From NCBI GenBank assembly GCA_951406725.2, contig OX597817.1, positions 30,938,001-31,002,000 of the forward strand: a stretch of 64,000 nt of DNA. Direction: 5' to 3'. Position numbers and translations under genes: made by a program. The first letter of the stretch is position 1. Each line of letters opens with the position of its first letter. The notes below the pieces were generated by a model. It made no database searches. It saw only the letters and a list, made by a program, of their open reading frames with translations, and was not told the origin of the DNA. This document shows, in pieces, positions 39,045 through 52,300 of this stretch. This DNA comes from Octopus vulgaris (lineage: Eukaryota).

Positions 39045-39452
39045 TATAAATATATATATATATTTATATATTTATATATATACATGTATGTATATATGTA
39101 TATGTGTATGCGTGTATCGTTGTGTCTATGTTTGTCCCCCACTACCACTTGACTGCCGGTGTTGGTTTGCAAAAGCGACTAATAGAATTAAAAAATTCTT
39201 CAAGATGGTGTCCCAGTATAGCCGCAGTTTAATCACTGAAACAAGAGAAAGAATAAAAGATTAAAAGGATACATGAACCATAGGACTGTAAGTAGTACGA
39301 AGTTGCCTAGCAGTGTCATACGGTATTGACTATAGACGATGTATATTGACTGGAAAGTAATTAGGTGAGCAAATGACAACAGAATGAAACATGATATCGT
39401 ATTAGAAAGGATACACATACAAGCAGAGAACAACGAGCAAGTATGTATATGT

Positions 39453-39492
<40 letters not shown>

Positions 39493-39778
39493 TCAGGGTG
39501 AATACTTGATAACTGTAAGCACCTGTATATGCCAGTTAGTGGTGTAGGTGATAGGGTATATTTATCAAAAGAAAAACAGGATGCAAAGGGTTTAGCGGTA
39601 CATATGTTTCTGGCTTCATTGAACTGTTTATATCAATGCATAATTGATGTAACATGTATGTCAATAGCCTTCTTCAGCCGCGTACAATTACCACACCAAA
39701 GACATGTATTACATTATAGCAGGTTTGAGAAGTTTATTGTTTCGAATTTATGTGAATGTGTATAGAATAATATATAAG

Positions 39779-39940
39779 TTGAATAAAGTTAAAATATGGC
39801 CTGGTTTACACGTTTTTTGTTATGGTATCTTAACATTAAAAAATTATTTTGTAATGCTTTTATGATCATTGCAAAATATATTTATTTTTTATGTTAACAT
39901 AAAAAACGTGAAAACCAAACCATGTTTTAACTTTATTCAA
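39779..39940. repeat. Imperfect ~160-bp foldback (MITE-like)
   Basis: TTGAATAAAGTTAAAATATGG... / ...CCATGTTTTAACTTTATTCAA, with inner arms also complementary. Confidence 0.7.
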
Positions 39941-39947
39941 TTGGTAC

Positions 39948-40002
<55 letters not shown>

Positions 40003-40079
40003 TGTGTCTTCATGGTTTGCAGATAATGCCAGAGCATATTCACAGTTGTTCCCCGTCCATGGCGAAATTTAAATATTCC

Positions 40080-40293
40080 GTTCTCCTATAGTCACAAGGC
40101 CTAAAATTTTTGAGGGAAGGGGCAAGTTGATTACATCGACCCCAGTTCTTAACTTGGTACTTAATTTATCGACCTCGAAAGGATGAAAAGCAAAGACGAC
40201 CTCGGCGGAATTTGAACTCAGAACGAAGCGACAGACGAAATATCGCTAAGCATTTCGCCCGGTGTGCTAACGATTCTGCCAGTTCGCCGCCTT
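40080..40293 (-). mobile_element. SINE family C
   Basis: Family match; degenerate TSD TGGCGAAAT..AATATT. Confidence 0.8.
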
Positions 40294-42117
40294 TGGCGAA
40301 ATAGAATATTAATGCATCTATTCATTCTCCATACATTGCGGTAGATTCAGATGTTAATGTCTGATTGTTGGTTTTCGTCAACGGAGAACACCTTTAGACA
40401 TCTTTAGACAATGTATGTTCAAAACACACGTGATTCACCAGTCTAAGGGGACCTCGAGACACTTCAGTGTTTCGATCTCATTATGTATCTCTTCAATTAA
40501 AGCTACCGCTACTGACGGAAGACGCTAACAAGAGAATAAGTTGTTTATATGAATCAGCAAACAAATTATTTTTCTGATGCATGCTAAAGTCTAGGAAAGA
40601 GATAATAATTTATGTGATGCTCGCAGAACAGTGAGAGTCTAAACAACAACGTATCCATTCTTAATGTCTTCTTGACAAATTCGAAAGTAAATATCTGATC
40701 GCTGTTTTTTGTTAGCGAAAAACATCGCCACCCTCTAGGCGATGTCTGTTTATAACACATGCGTTTCACCGATGTAATAGGACTTCGAGACACAACCAAC
40801 AGCACCATGCACAAGTAGCTTCGGAGTATTTCAATGATATTTGACAGGATATGCTTGTCATGTTGTCTATGATCTCAAATGCCATTTAGCATATCAAATA
40901 CTCTAAGTAGACTATTTTCCAGCTTGTTTGAAGGAATTTTGACACAAATTAGTAGGTTGGAATTCATTCAAGTTTCCTTCGAAATCTTAATCCATAATCT
41001 ATTATTGTGATATTTTAATGTATCTAAAAATTACTATTATGTTAGTGTCAATGTAAAGATTACTAATACAAATGACATGCAGATTTCAACTTTTCAGGAA
41101 TTATAAATCTTTATAAAGCTTTATGATATTTAGTTTCATACCTCTAGATTCTAAGTTCAAATCCTTCTAGATCTGATATTGTTGTTCAATATTTTGTGTT
41201 TAATAACAGAACTACTAGTAATACATTGAACTTTACTTGACTATACTCCTCTGCTACTAGATTTGTAAAATAAAATCGATAATATATGCTAATTGAAATA
41301 CAGAAAACCAATCTATATATTACGAATGAAACCTCTTCATCCAAGAGTAATTGATATATATCTTGCTGTGTACCTTACTTTCTGGCCAGTGACCAAGTTA
41401 TTTAATTCTAATTGCCTAGAAGGGAAATTGCTGCCAGACACATAACGTTATTTTTCACTGGACAGCATATGAAAAGATTTTACATATTGGCTTTCACATC
41501 ATATTACATTGAAAGTGGCGAAAGTAGTATATGATATACTCTGAGCCTTGTAGATTCCGATGTTCGGCTTTATTACCAAGTCCACACACACACACGCACG
41601 CGCATGCATGTATGTATGTATGTACTTAGGTATGAAATCTTTTATTCATCTAAACAATTGCATAAGAAAAAAATCATTGTATATTAAATATTAAGAGAAT
41701 TTCTGTTTGTTGATATTTACCATTTTATCAGTATATATACTAGTTTCCAATATTGGCACACAGTCATCAATTTTGTGGGAGAGTATAGTCGTTTAAATCA
41801 ACTTCGGTACTTAACTTGTAATTCATTTTACTGACATATATGGATGAAAGCAAAATGTTCACAGTTTGAATTTGGACTCAGAATGTAAGAAATTGTAACT
41901 AAATACAGCAAGGTGTTTTGTTTGCTGCATTACCAAATCTGAGAAACCCTTGCCTTAATCTTGGTACATATTAATGTAATGCAACATGATTTGCAAAGCA
42001 CTTGTTTTTCCAAAATAGATGAAAGAGGTGAGTTAATCTGTAGAATTGTTCTCACGTTCTGCACCTTCATTTATTTTGGTAAAAAATTCTTTCTTTCTAT
42101 ATATATATATATATCTG

Positions 42118-42170
<53 letters not shown>

Positions 42171-42174
42171 GTAC

Positions 42175-42370
42175 ATGTGACAGTTATTCGGTAGCCATGA
42201 TAAGACTCAAAGTTTCGGATGCCGGGGTGGAAATCCACGCCGCCATCTCTTCAGTTATCCGGCCATCGGAAAAAATGCTATCAAAATGTTATGAAGAGAT
42301 GGCGGCGTGAATTTCCACCCCGGCATCCGAAACTCGGAGTTTTATCATGGCTACCGAATAATTGTCACAT
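42175..42370. mobile_element. MITE with ~80-bp TIRs (TGT...ACA) beside (TA)n
   Basis: TGTGACAGTTATTCGGTAGCCATGATAA...CGCCATCTCTTCA / TGAAGAGATGGCG...TTATCATGGCTACCGAATAATTGTCACA. Confidence 0.85.
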
Positions 42371-42448
42371 ATTATATTTACAGATAAATTCCTCTATTTA
42401 CATAATATCTAAGTCTCTTTCATTCTTTTGTTGTTTTACCATTTTCAT

Positions 42449-42510
<62 letters not shown>

Positions 42511-42904
42511 ATATATCAGAAGCAATTTTCTTTGATATTGCACAAATTCTATACTATTGTTATCTCTCTACATACATTACATACAAGCATGTAATGTGTG
42601 TGTGTGTGGGGGGGGGGTATAAATTTCGTAGTCAATGGATCGCCTTTCTGCTGAATATTAGGTTATCAACTTATACATGACACAACATAGACACGTTTAC
42701 TAAAACTTTTCAGCAAAACTTGCGCGTAGCTTCAGTAAACAATAATAAACAAAAGGTTGAATAGATGCTGTGAGTGGGTGGTTGCTTTCAACGAGTACAA
42801 ACAGGAAATAAGTTATTTCGTAAGTCTAAAGTGCTACATTTGTTTCAATTGTTGATAACTTCCAAGTAGACCCCAAACCTCACCAAGATTTTAAGCCATT
42901 TTTT

Positions 42905-43425
42905 TTTCATTCTTTTACTTGTTTCCGTCATTTGACTTTGACCACGCTGGAGCACCGCCTTTAGTCGAACAAATCGACCCCACGGAAGTGTAGTTAAGAA
43001 GCTCCATTCGCAGGCACCTGGGGCAAGTGTCTTCTACTATTGCTCTGAACTGAGCAATGCCTTATGAGTTAATTTCGTAGATGGAAACTGTATAGAATTC
43101 TGTCACATATCTGTGTGTGCGTGCGTGCGTGTGTGAGTGCGCGTGCGTGTGTGTGTGAGTGCGCGTGCGTGTGTGTGTGAGTTCGCGTGCGTGTGTGTGC
43201 ATGTATGTGTGTGTGTGCATGTATGTATGCGTGTGTGCATGCGTGTCTTTGCGTTTGTCCCTACGCCGCTTGTTTTTTGGTATTGGCTTGTTTTTGTTTC
43301 CCCAACTTAGTGGTTCGGCAAAAGTGCGAGAAACAAATATTGGTGTCAATTCGTTCGACTTAATCCTTCACGGCAGTACCCCAGTATGGCCACACTCCAA
43401 TGCGTGAAGTAAGTGAAGGTACAAA
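42905..43425. mobile_element. Two diverged SINE B pieces, back to back
   Basis: 42905-42981 is a minus-strand 3' end; 42985-43425 is a plus-strand copy. Confidence 0.65.
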
Positions 43426-43579
43426 AGAATGTCGGTGCACTGTTCTAAATCGATTAATCTTCGCACCAAGTTCATTGCCATTTTATTCCGGCGTACCCAC
43501 CCTCATAGCATGACTCCCCATGTTCCTCACAAAATCGAAGACCATAACCGTTAAGATTTCACGTTGTTTATTCGAAACT

Positions 43580-43965
43580 GGATGGAAGCACTCCGTCGGT
43601 TACGACGATGAGAGTTCCGGTTGATCCGAATCAACGGAACAGCCTGCTCGTGAAATTAACGTGTAAGTGGCTGAGCACTCCACAGACACGTGTACCCTTA
43701 ACGTAGTTCGCGGGGATATTCAGCGTGACACAGAGAGTGACAAGGCCGGCCCTTTGAAATACAGGTACAACAGAAACAGGATGTAAGAGTGAGAGAAAGT
43801 TGTGGTGAAAGGGTACAGCAGGGATCACCACCATCCCTGCCGGAGCCTCATGAAGCTTTTAGGTGTTTTCGCTCAATAAACACTCACTGCGCCCGGTCTG
43901 GGAATCGAAACCGCGATCCTACGACCGCGAGTCTGCTGCCCTAACCACTGGGCCATTGCGCCTCC
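43580..43965 (-). mobile_element. SINE family A, full length
   Basis: TSD TTTATTCGAAACT at 43567-43579 and 43966-43978. Confidence 0.92.
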
Positions 43966-44239
43966 TTTATTCGAAACTATGCTGCAGCAGACCGCAGTAA
44001 TTTTTGAAAACCAAACTTCTTACTAATGTTGACAAAAGACAACAATCTGTATGGCTAAGTATTGTTACCAGATAAATTACAAATTAAAATCATGTTTTCA
44101 GAAAGAATTTTACAGATTTATTTTGTCTTTATATCTCAAAGTGCAACGGTCATTTACAGGGTGCAAAAGGAAAAAAAAAGGGTATCAAAACGTAATACAG
44201 GTAAAAAGCAACAACCTACTCAATTCACACAAACGAAGA

Positions 44240-45446
44240 GATACAACTGACTTAATTTCCTCAGAAGAGTATTCCTACATATTCAGTTGTTAGATATGGA
44301 GACTTTTATTTTGATGTAAGTATATAAGTAATTACGAAGGGATACAACTGACTTAATTTCCTCAGAAGAGTATTCCTACATATTCAGTTGTTAGATATGG
44401 AGACTTTTATTTTGATGTAAATATATAAGTAATTACGAAGGGATACAACTGACTTAATTTCCTCAGAAGAGTATTCCTACATATTCAGTTGTTAGATATG
44501 GAGACTTTTATTTTGATGTAAGTATATAAGTAATTACGAAGGGATACAACTGACTTAATTTCCTCAGAAGAGTATTCCTACATATTCAGTTGTTAGATAT
44601 GGAGACTTTTATTTTGATGTAAGTATATAAGTAATTACGAAGGGATACAACTGACTTAATTTCCTCAGAAGAGTATTCCTACATATTCAGTTGTTAGATA
44701 TGGAGACTTTTATTTTGATGTAAGTATATAAGTAATTACGAAGGGATACAACTGACTTAATTTCCTCAGAAGAGTATTCCTACATATTCAGTTGTTAGAT
44801 ATGGAGACTTTTATTTTGATGTAAGTATATAAGTAATTACGAAGGGATACAACTGACTTAATTTCCTCAGAAGAGTATTCCTACATATTTAGTTGTTAGA
44901 TATGGAGACTTTTATTTTGATGTAAGTATATAAGTAATTACGAAGGGATACAACTGACTTAATTTCCTCAGAAGAGTATTCCTACATATTCAGTTGTTAG
45001 ATATGGAGACTTTTATTTTGATGTAAATATATAAGTAATTACGAAGGGATACCACTGACTTAATTTCCTCAGAAGAGTATTCCTACATATTCAGTTGTTA
45101 GATATGGAGACTTTTATTTTGATGTAAGTATATAAGTAATTACGAAGGGATACAACTGACTTAATTTCCTCAGAAGAGTATTCCTACATATTCAGTTGTT
45201 AGATATGGAGACTTTTATTTTGATGTAAGTATATAAGTAATTACGAAGGGATACAACTGACTTAATTTCCTCAGAAGAGTATTCCTACATATTCAGTTGT
45301 TAGATATGGAGACTTTTATCTTGATGTAAGTATATAAGTAATTACGAAGGGATCCAACTGACTTAATTTCTTTAGAAGAGTATTCCTACATATTCAGTTG
45401 TTAGATATGGAGACTTTTATTTTGATGTAAGTAGATAAGTAATTAC
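44240..45446 (+). repeat. Tandem array, 12 x 101 bp, each unit with exon/intron architecture
   Basis: Units start at 44240+101n; unit = GATACAACTGACTTAATTTCCTCAG | 51 nt | GTAAGTATATAAGTAATTACGAAGG; only about 9 substitutions across the array. Confidence 0.95.
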
Positions 45447-46323
45447 AGATGGGTTCGTAGTTATAGTTAAAAGAGGAACGTAAAGAGAAAGTGGAAGTTT
45501 TCTTTTAGCAGGTACTACTTGAACTAAAATTAAGCAATGGGAAATTAACTTAAATAAGCCAATGAAATATAAAGAAATATCAAATAGCTGAGGGTGAACT
45601 GAATGCAATGGGCAAAAGATTTCTTAATCAATTGACATTTCATTTACAGCTGAAAATAGAAAACAAAATCTAGTATAATTTTCGCACATAATGTCGCACA
45701 AAAAAGACATAATTTCAATAAGTTAAGATTGAATTGGTGAGGATTTATTTCCCATGTTTGAGTAAAAGCTTTCTTTGTTAGTGGAGGATTATGACCACAA
45801 CGGTTTAGCGTAGCTAGTATAAACCGGCTTGAACAGTACACAATAGTTTACATGTGCAAAAATATGGCTATTGAAGGCTTTTGGGCAGCAGTAATTTACA
45901 TAATTTTGAACAAAATTCAACCAAAAGAAATGTTTCCAAAAGGCCCATATAGCATCTTTAAGGTAATATTTGCTTTCACCCTATCTTTAAAATAGGAAAA
46001 TAATAAATGTAAATAAATACATGGATATTAATAATTTTGCGTTATAATATTTATATGCGAGTTAAACAAAGAACTAAGTCTAAACCAAAACAATTCTGTC
46101 CATTTTTAAGAGATTCAATAGAGTGTTTTCCAAGAAGAAATAGATGTAGATGACATAAAAATTACCCGCTGAACAGAATAAAAATTAATTGCAATTTTGC
46201 ATAGAATAAACTGAAAATTTATTCAATTATCATACATACTTTATACAAATTTTCTTTCATTCTCACTCGCTCCATTTTGTATATATATGTGTTTATACAT
46301 ACATGTATATATACATACATATT

Positions 46324-46364
<41 letters not shown>

Positions 46365-46519
46365 GTGTGTACGTGTGTGTGTGTATGTGTGTGTATGCAT
46401 ACATGTAATGTATGTGTATATGTACGTGTGAGTGCCTGTGTGTGTATATGTGTGTATAAAATTTCATATTCAATACAAGGAGAAATAAGTGCTTTTATGA
46501 TATTTTGTTTCACTTTCAG

Positions 46520-46896
46520 GATTTACTGCTTCATTTTGAAAACAGTTGAAGATTCTACGCTTCTTTCAATGAACCAAGCAAAACTAAAATGAATGTGTCT
46601 ACAGGGAAGCACTGCACACATGAAGATAATGTCTTAGATTCTCTGGGAACTTCTATATCACTAGCAGATTTTATTCATTAATTTTGAAAAATATCTTTTT
46701 CTTTCTCATTCTTCTAAATAACTTTGGGGAATCTTGTTCTTTTTTGGGGGTTTCAATATATTTTTTTTTTATTGTTTCTGTTAATTTTAAACCGAGTTGT
46801 AAACATATCTGAATTGTAATATGAAACTATGGAATCAGTTTTTTTATTATCTTTTTTATTAAATTTAGATAATGTGTTTTTTCTTTTAAAAATAAA
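46520..46896 (+). other. Candidate terminal exon / 3' UTR
   Basis: Strong acceptor TATTTTGTTTCACTTTCAG|G; all frames close within 75 nt; U-rich sequence with AATAAA at 46891. Confidence 0.35.
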
Positions 46897-47220
46897 GAGG
46901 AAAGTATATAATAGGAGGAATATTTAGATTTGCTATACAGTTTTGATAATATATATTTATTATTTTCATTTTGTTTTAGATTTAGATTAGAAAATAAACT
47001 TTACAGAAAAATCTATGATTCTGTATTAAAAATTATATGACATATTTCTTTCGCATCGTGTTATGAATCACACATGTAGAAATGATAAAAATAACACAAT
47101 AATAGCAGGCTTGCACTGAGTACCAGGTCTATTTTCTCAATAAAATATAAAACGGGCCGAAAAGTTTATACATACACATGCATATACACACACTCGCACG
47201 CACACACACACACACACATA

Positions 47221-47372
47221 TGGCTGTGTGTGCGAAGCTCGCTTCTCAATCACATAGTTCCGGGTTCATTCCTACTGTGTGGCATTAGGACAAGTGTCTT
47301 CCACTATAGTCTCGGGCCGACCAAAGCCTTGTGAGTGGATTTGGTAGACGGAAACTGAAAGAAGCCAGTCGT
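47221..47372 (+). mobile_element. SINE family B 5' half
   Basis: Family match. Confidence 0.8.
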
Positions 47373-47839
47373 GACAAATTTTATTTTCTATTGTGGTAAA
47401 ACATGACAACTAACCAAAAGATTTGTCGCACAATGACTAAGAAAAATATATTGAAATTAATAAAAAGCCTGACCTATTTGAACCGGTTATCAATTTCAAC
47501 CATCTCAGAAAAACAACCCTTTCTATTTTTCTTTCTTCCTTTTTTCCTTTCTTTTTTCTCGAATATTCTTTTGTTTTGTAAAATTACTTTTCATCTGATG
47601 ACTACAGTCTTTTATAATAATGTAATATTCTCATTCTTTTATTAAAAAGTTACGTATGAAATAGTTGTAAAGATCTGACAACCATGGTATGACTATAAAC
47701 TACATCTGGGAGTGGGACCCTGGGGTCCTGGTTTCAGGGTTTGAGGAGTGTGGAACCACCTATTAGCCACTATTATTCTCAGGTCTGCTCTGGCCCGAAC
47801 TCGTAGCACCTGTAAGGGTCCCAAATATGGTTTAATTAG

Positions 47840-50108
47840 CAAACCCTTCTGCGACTGGGGCGGTGGACCAGTACATTGCAATTGCCGCATTCCCTGCATG
47901 GCGTAAGAGGCGACTAAAAGGGGCGGGTGCGAAGCGACTGGGAATCCACTCCTCATAGTAATTTCATATTCCTAAAAAGGCAACAAGAACACGACAAGGG
48001 GTTGGCTGAAGGATAGCGTCTAATCTCACCTTAGTGCTAGGGTGATGGAATGTGCGTGGGTGTAGCACAAGTGAGGTGAAGAGGAGAGAGATAGGGAGTG
48101 TGATGATGAGGAGAAAGAATGATGTGCTGGCACCGAACGAAACTAAGATGAAAGGTAAAGGAGAGTACCAGTTTGGTGATGTGACTGAACGAGTGTCGGG
48201 CGCGGGAGGGGGAGGGCTCGTGAGGGAATGGCATTGCTGGTGAGTGAGCGTGTGAAGGAGAGTGTGGTGAAGTGGAGAGAAGTGTCTTCTAGGTTAATGT
48301 GGGTAAAGATGAGGTGGGGAGGAGAAATGTGGGTGTTTTTTTTTAGTGCATATGCTCCAAGGAGTGAAATGAGTGAGGAAGAAGTAGAGGAGTTCTGAAG
48401 AGAACTAACAGAGTGTGTGGATAGGCTGGGAGAAAATGGCTATGTGGTGGTGTTGGGTGATTTGAATGCGCGGGTGGGAAATGAGGGAGTAGAAAATGTA
48501 GTAGGAAAATATGGAGTTCCTGGTCGGAATGAGAGTGGAAGGAGTTTGTTGGAAATGTGTATGGAGCAGGAGTTGGTGGCGGAGAATAGTCTTTTTAAAA
48601 AGCGGGAGAAGAATAAGTTCACATGGTGGAGGGTGGAGGTAGGAGGGAGGAACAGCAGTGACTGGGCCTTGATGAATTATGTGTTAATTAATAAGAGAGT
48701 GGTAGGAAGGTTGGAGGATGTGCATGTGATGAGAGGTGAAGATGGAGGAGTGTCAGATCACTTCTTAGTAGAGGGTAAGTTGAAGTTATGTTCAAAATGG
48801 AATGCTAGATGAGTGACAGGGAGGAGAGAGGTTGTGAAGGTGAGTGAACTGGATATGGGAGAGAAGGAGCAGGAGTACGTAGAGAAACTGAGAGGTGAAT
48901 ATGAACAGGTTAAGAAACTCGACTAAAGGCGAAACAAGTAAAAGAGTAAAAGAGAGAGAGGAGATATGCGATGTGGAGGAGGAGTGGGAGGCTTTTAGAG
49001 GAGCAGTAATGAGATTGGCGTTCTGTGGTATGTGATACACGAATGGTTGGAATGGGTGTGAGGAAAGGTAGTGAGTGGTGGAATGAGCAGATAAAGGATA
49101 TAGTGGCAGAGAAGAAAAGGGCCTTTGAAGAGTGGTTGCAGAAATGTGATAGAGAAGCTTAAGATCACTACTGAGAAGTGAAGAGGAGAGTGAAGAGAGT
49201 AGTGAGGGGTGACGAAATGGGAGGTAAGGGAAAGGTTCGGGAAAAAGTTGAGTGAACATTTTGTAAGAAATAAGAAGATATTTTGGAAAGAGGTACAAAG
49301 GTGGTTGGAGGAAGGGAAGAAAGGATGAAGGATGTAAATGAAAATTTGTTGAAAGGAAGTAAGGATGTAGAGAGGAGATGGGCAGAGTATTCTGGTGAGC
49401 TGTTAAATGGGGAGGATGTCAGGGAGGCAAGTATAGTGGCTGTAGGAGCAGGGAAGAGAATGCCAATGGTTGCGGATATGAACTACAGGGCAATTGGAAG
49501 GGAGAAGGTGAGGAAATCCTTGTGGAAGATGGTAAACCGGAAGGCGCCAGGTATAAATGAGGGTACAGTGGAATACGTAAAGAGAGGAGAAGTGACAGTG
49601 ATTTAATGGTTAGTGAGGCTTATGAATGTTCTGGCAGAAACGTTAGCATGCCGGGCGAAATGCTTTGCGGTATTTCGTCTGTCGTTACGTTCTGAGTTCA
49701 AATTCCCCCGAGGTCGACTTTGCCTTTCATCCTCTCGGGGTCGATAAATAAAGTACCAGTTTTGCATTGGGGTCGATGTAATCGACTTAATACCTATGTC
49801 TGTCCTTGTTTGTCCTCTCTGTGTTTAGCCCCTTGTGGGTAGTAAAGAAATGGGTATTTCGTCTGTTGTTACGTTCTGAGTTCAAATTCCGCCGAGGTCG
49901 ACTTTGCCTTTCATCCTCTCGGGGTCGATAAATAAAGTACCAGTTTTGCATTGGGTCGATGTAATCGACTTATTCCCTTTGTCTGTCCTTGTTTGTCCCC
50001 TCTGTGTTTAACCCCTTGTGGGTAGTAAAGATATATATATGGCTGGAAGAGTACAAAAGGACTGGTGTAGTGCCTGTATAGTGCCACTGTTAAACGGGAA
50101 AGGGGATT
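47840..50108 (+). mobile_element. RTE-clade LINE 5' portion (UTR, APE endonuclease, start of RT), pseudogenised
   Basis: SAYAP, VVLGDLNARVG, SDHFLV, KAPG, KDWCSACIVPL; multiple stops; interrupted by a SINE C dimer and a SINE B tail. Confidence 0.9.
49631..50031 (+). mobile_element. Dimeric SINE family C inside the RTE
   Basis: Two ~185-bp tandem units (TATTTCGTCTG at 49671 and 49855). Confidence 0.88.
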
Positions 50109-51994
50109 TGGGTATTTAATTCCTCAATTCTACGTCCTCATTCTTACCTATCAAGAAATATTGCCAGCTATACTGATCGGATAAGCATTAGTTTTATCTA
50201 TTCTGCTACATATAATGAGCATTATACTCACATTACATATATGTTATATGCATATGGGTGTGTAAATATACAGGAGTGTAGGAATGCATGTGCACATATA
50301 TATTCAAAACTGATTATATTTTGTCATTACATACTACATCTTAAAAATATGGTCTAATTTGTTGATTATTACTCGCTCTTGGATTTAATTACGCTTTCTC
50401 GCGGTTAGAAACATGGCGAAGTTTTGTGAGGAGATTGTATAACCAATGAAATTCATATTCGACTTATCAATATTTTTATCATCATGCGATATCTCGTAAA
50501 CACGAAAAAAGTGACTTAACCCCATAAATCGCATTGCTCTCAAGTCACAGCTCATCGTCTTGAGAAAACGAAATGATACATTAGATTTTATAGTTGTGCT
50601 AACCTTTGAATAAGCTTGACCTGGGGGAACAACAACAGATTATTCATTCGAGCTAAGGGAGAGGTGAAAAGTAAAGTTATTACTAGCTGAATTTTGTCTG
50701 GTTCACAAAAATGCACGACCCTGGTGTTTTTATTGTTCTGTTGAATTATACTGTAAGTCAGTGAGGCTCTACTTTAATTGTATTTCAATATTTAGTTTTT
50801 AATCTAGTTTGAGACTGCTTGGCATTTCATCTTTCGGGAGAAGAGTTCTTGGGGGTAAAAATAAGAATAAGTAATACACGAGTAGATTCAATTCACTCTA
50901 TTATGACCCACATACCTGTAAATACCTGTGAATCCTGTAAATTAGCAGCCTTTTATTCGTGTTAGAAATCTATATTCTGCTTCATTAAAACGGGTTATAA
51001 AACAACAATTTACAACAATAAGTCAATGGTGTATATTTTTTATCTAGAGATTATAAACGCTCCCTGGGTGTGGTTTTTATTTACTAATAGCATAGATAAC
51101 CTCGGTTAATCAATACACAGTACCGAGTTTATCACAACACAATATTACGTATGTGGCAAAAGGCTCTCTTAGAGTAACTTCCTCAGCCATATTAACGTTA
51201 TTCTCACAATCCTATTCTGATGTCAGACAATGATGCTAAAGATAGTGGCAGAGATAGTCGTAACGTTAAGAAAATAAACGTTAGTTCTTCTGACAAGTCA
51301 TCCTAGCGTCGAAGATAGTAGAATTAATCATGATAAACTTAGATATCGAGGTATTAGCTATTGTCTTTAATTCCTTAATTAATTAAGAACTAAAATTAGA
51401 TTGTTAATCTATTATTTTTTATGAAAGAATTTTCTAGAGATTTCTTTGAAGAAGAATAAGTGGCTTTCAAATTTAACTACAACTCTCAAAGGAAATAAAA
51501 TTTCATTAAGCAGGCTGCTTTGCAATTCATGTTATTTTTGGTCAGAAAGCAACGAAACATTATTTTTTTAAAGTGATATGTTAAATCTTTGCAAAATAAC
51601 ATAAACCATTGTAGGCCCCATATACAATGTTATACAGTGCCTCAACCGATAGTTTTTCATACTATTTTCCAAGTGAGGTAAATTAGCAATGAGTAAAATC
51701 CTATACCTGTCATCCGCCTACCTCGAAAAACGCATTTGAGTTTCCCTTTCTGTAATCTGGTAGTCCCTAAAGGTAGATGTATGTTAGCTTGTGAGAGTGA
51801 GAGGTGTACAAGTCATGTACAGAGGTGCAGTAAGATAAGTGAGAGTCAGCGATGGACTTAGTGTACAGGTAGTGTATTATCAGCTCTTTCTGTTTATTGT
51901 CATAATACAGGCAAAAATAAAGACATTTTTATATCGGCTAACCATACTTGTGTTGATGACCCATGTTTTATACCCAAATCTATTATATTTCTTA

Positions 51995-52300
51995 GTCAAA
52001 TGAATCGACCCCAATAATTAACTCTTTTTGCCGAGCCGTTAAGTGGCGGGGGCGTAAACAAACCAACACGGGTTGTCAATCGGTGGTGGGAGAGAAACAC
52101 AGATGCACACAAACATATTTTTCTTATATTTGTTTCAGCCATAATACAACAGGCTTCTTTCAGTTTTCCGTTTACCAATTCCACTCACAGGACTTTGGTT
52201 GGTCCAAGGCTATAGTAGAAAACATTTGCCCAAGGTGCCACGCAGTGGGACTTAACCAGGAACCATGTGGTTGGAAAGTAAACTTCTTATCTCAAAGCCA
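51995..52300 (-). mobile_element. SINE family B, diverged
   Basis: Family match. Confidence 0.7.

Noticed and set aside
40722-40745. CTCF-like site in a CpG-richer patch
   Set aside because: Only a partial motif match; cannot be supported from sequence alone
44240-45446. CRISPR-like array
   Set aside because: No unique spacers (whole units are repeated), eukaryotic context, no cas genes
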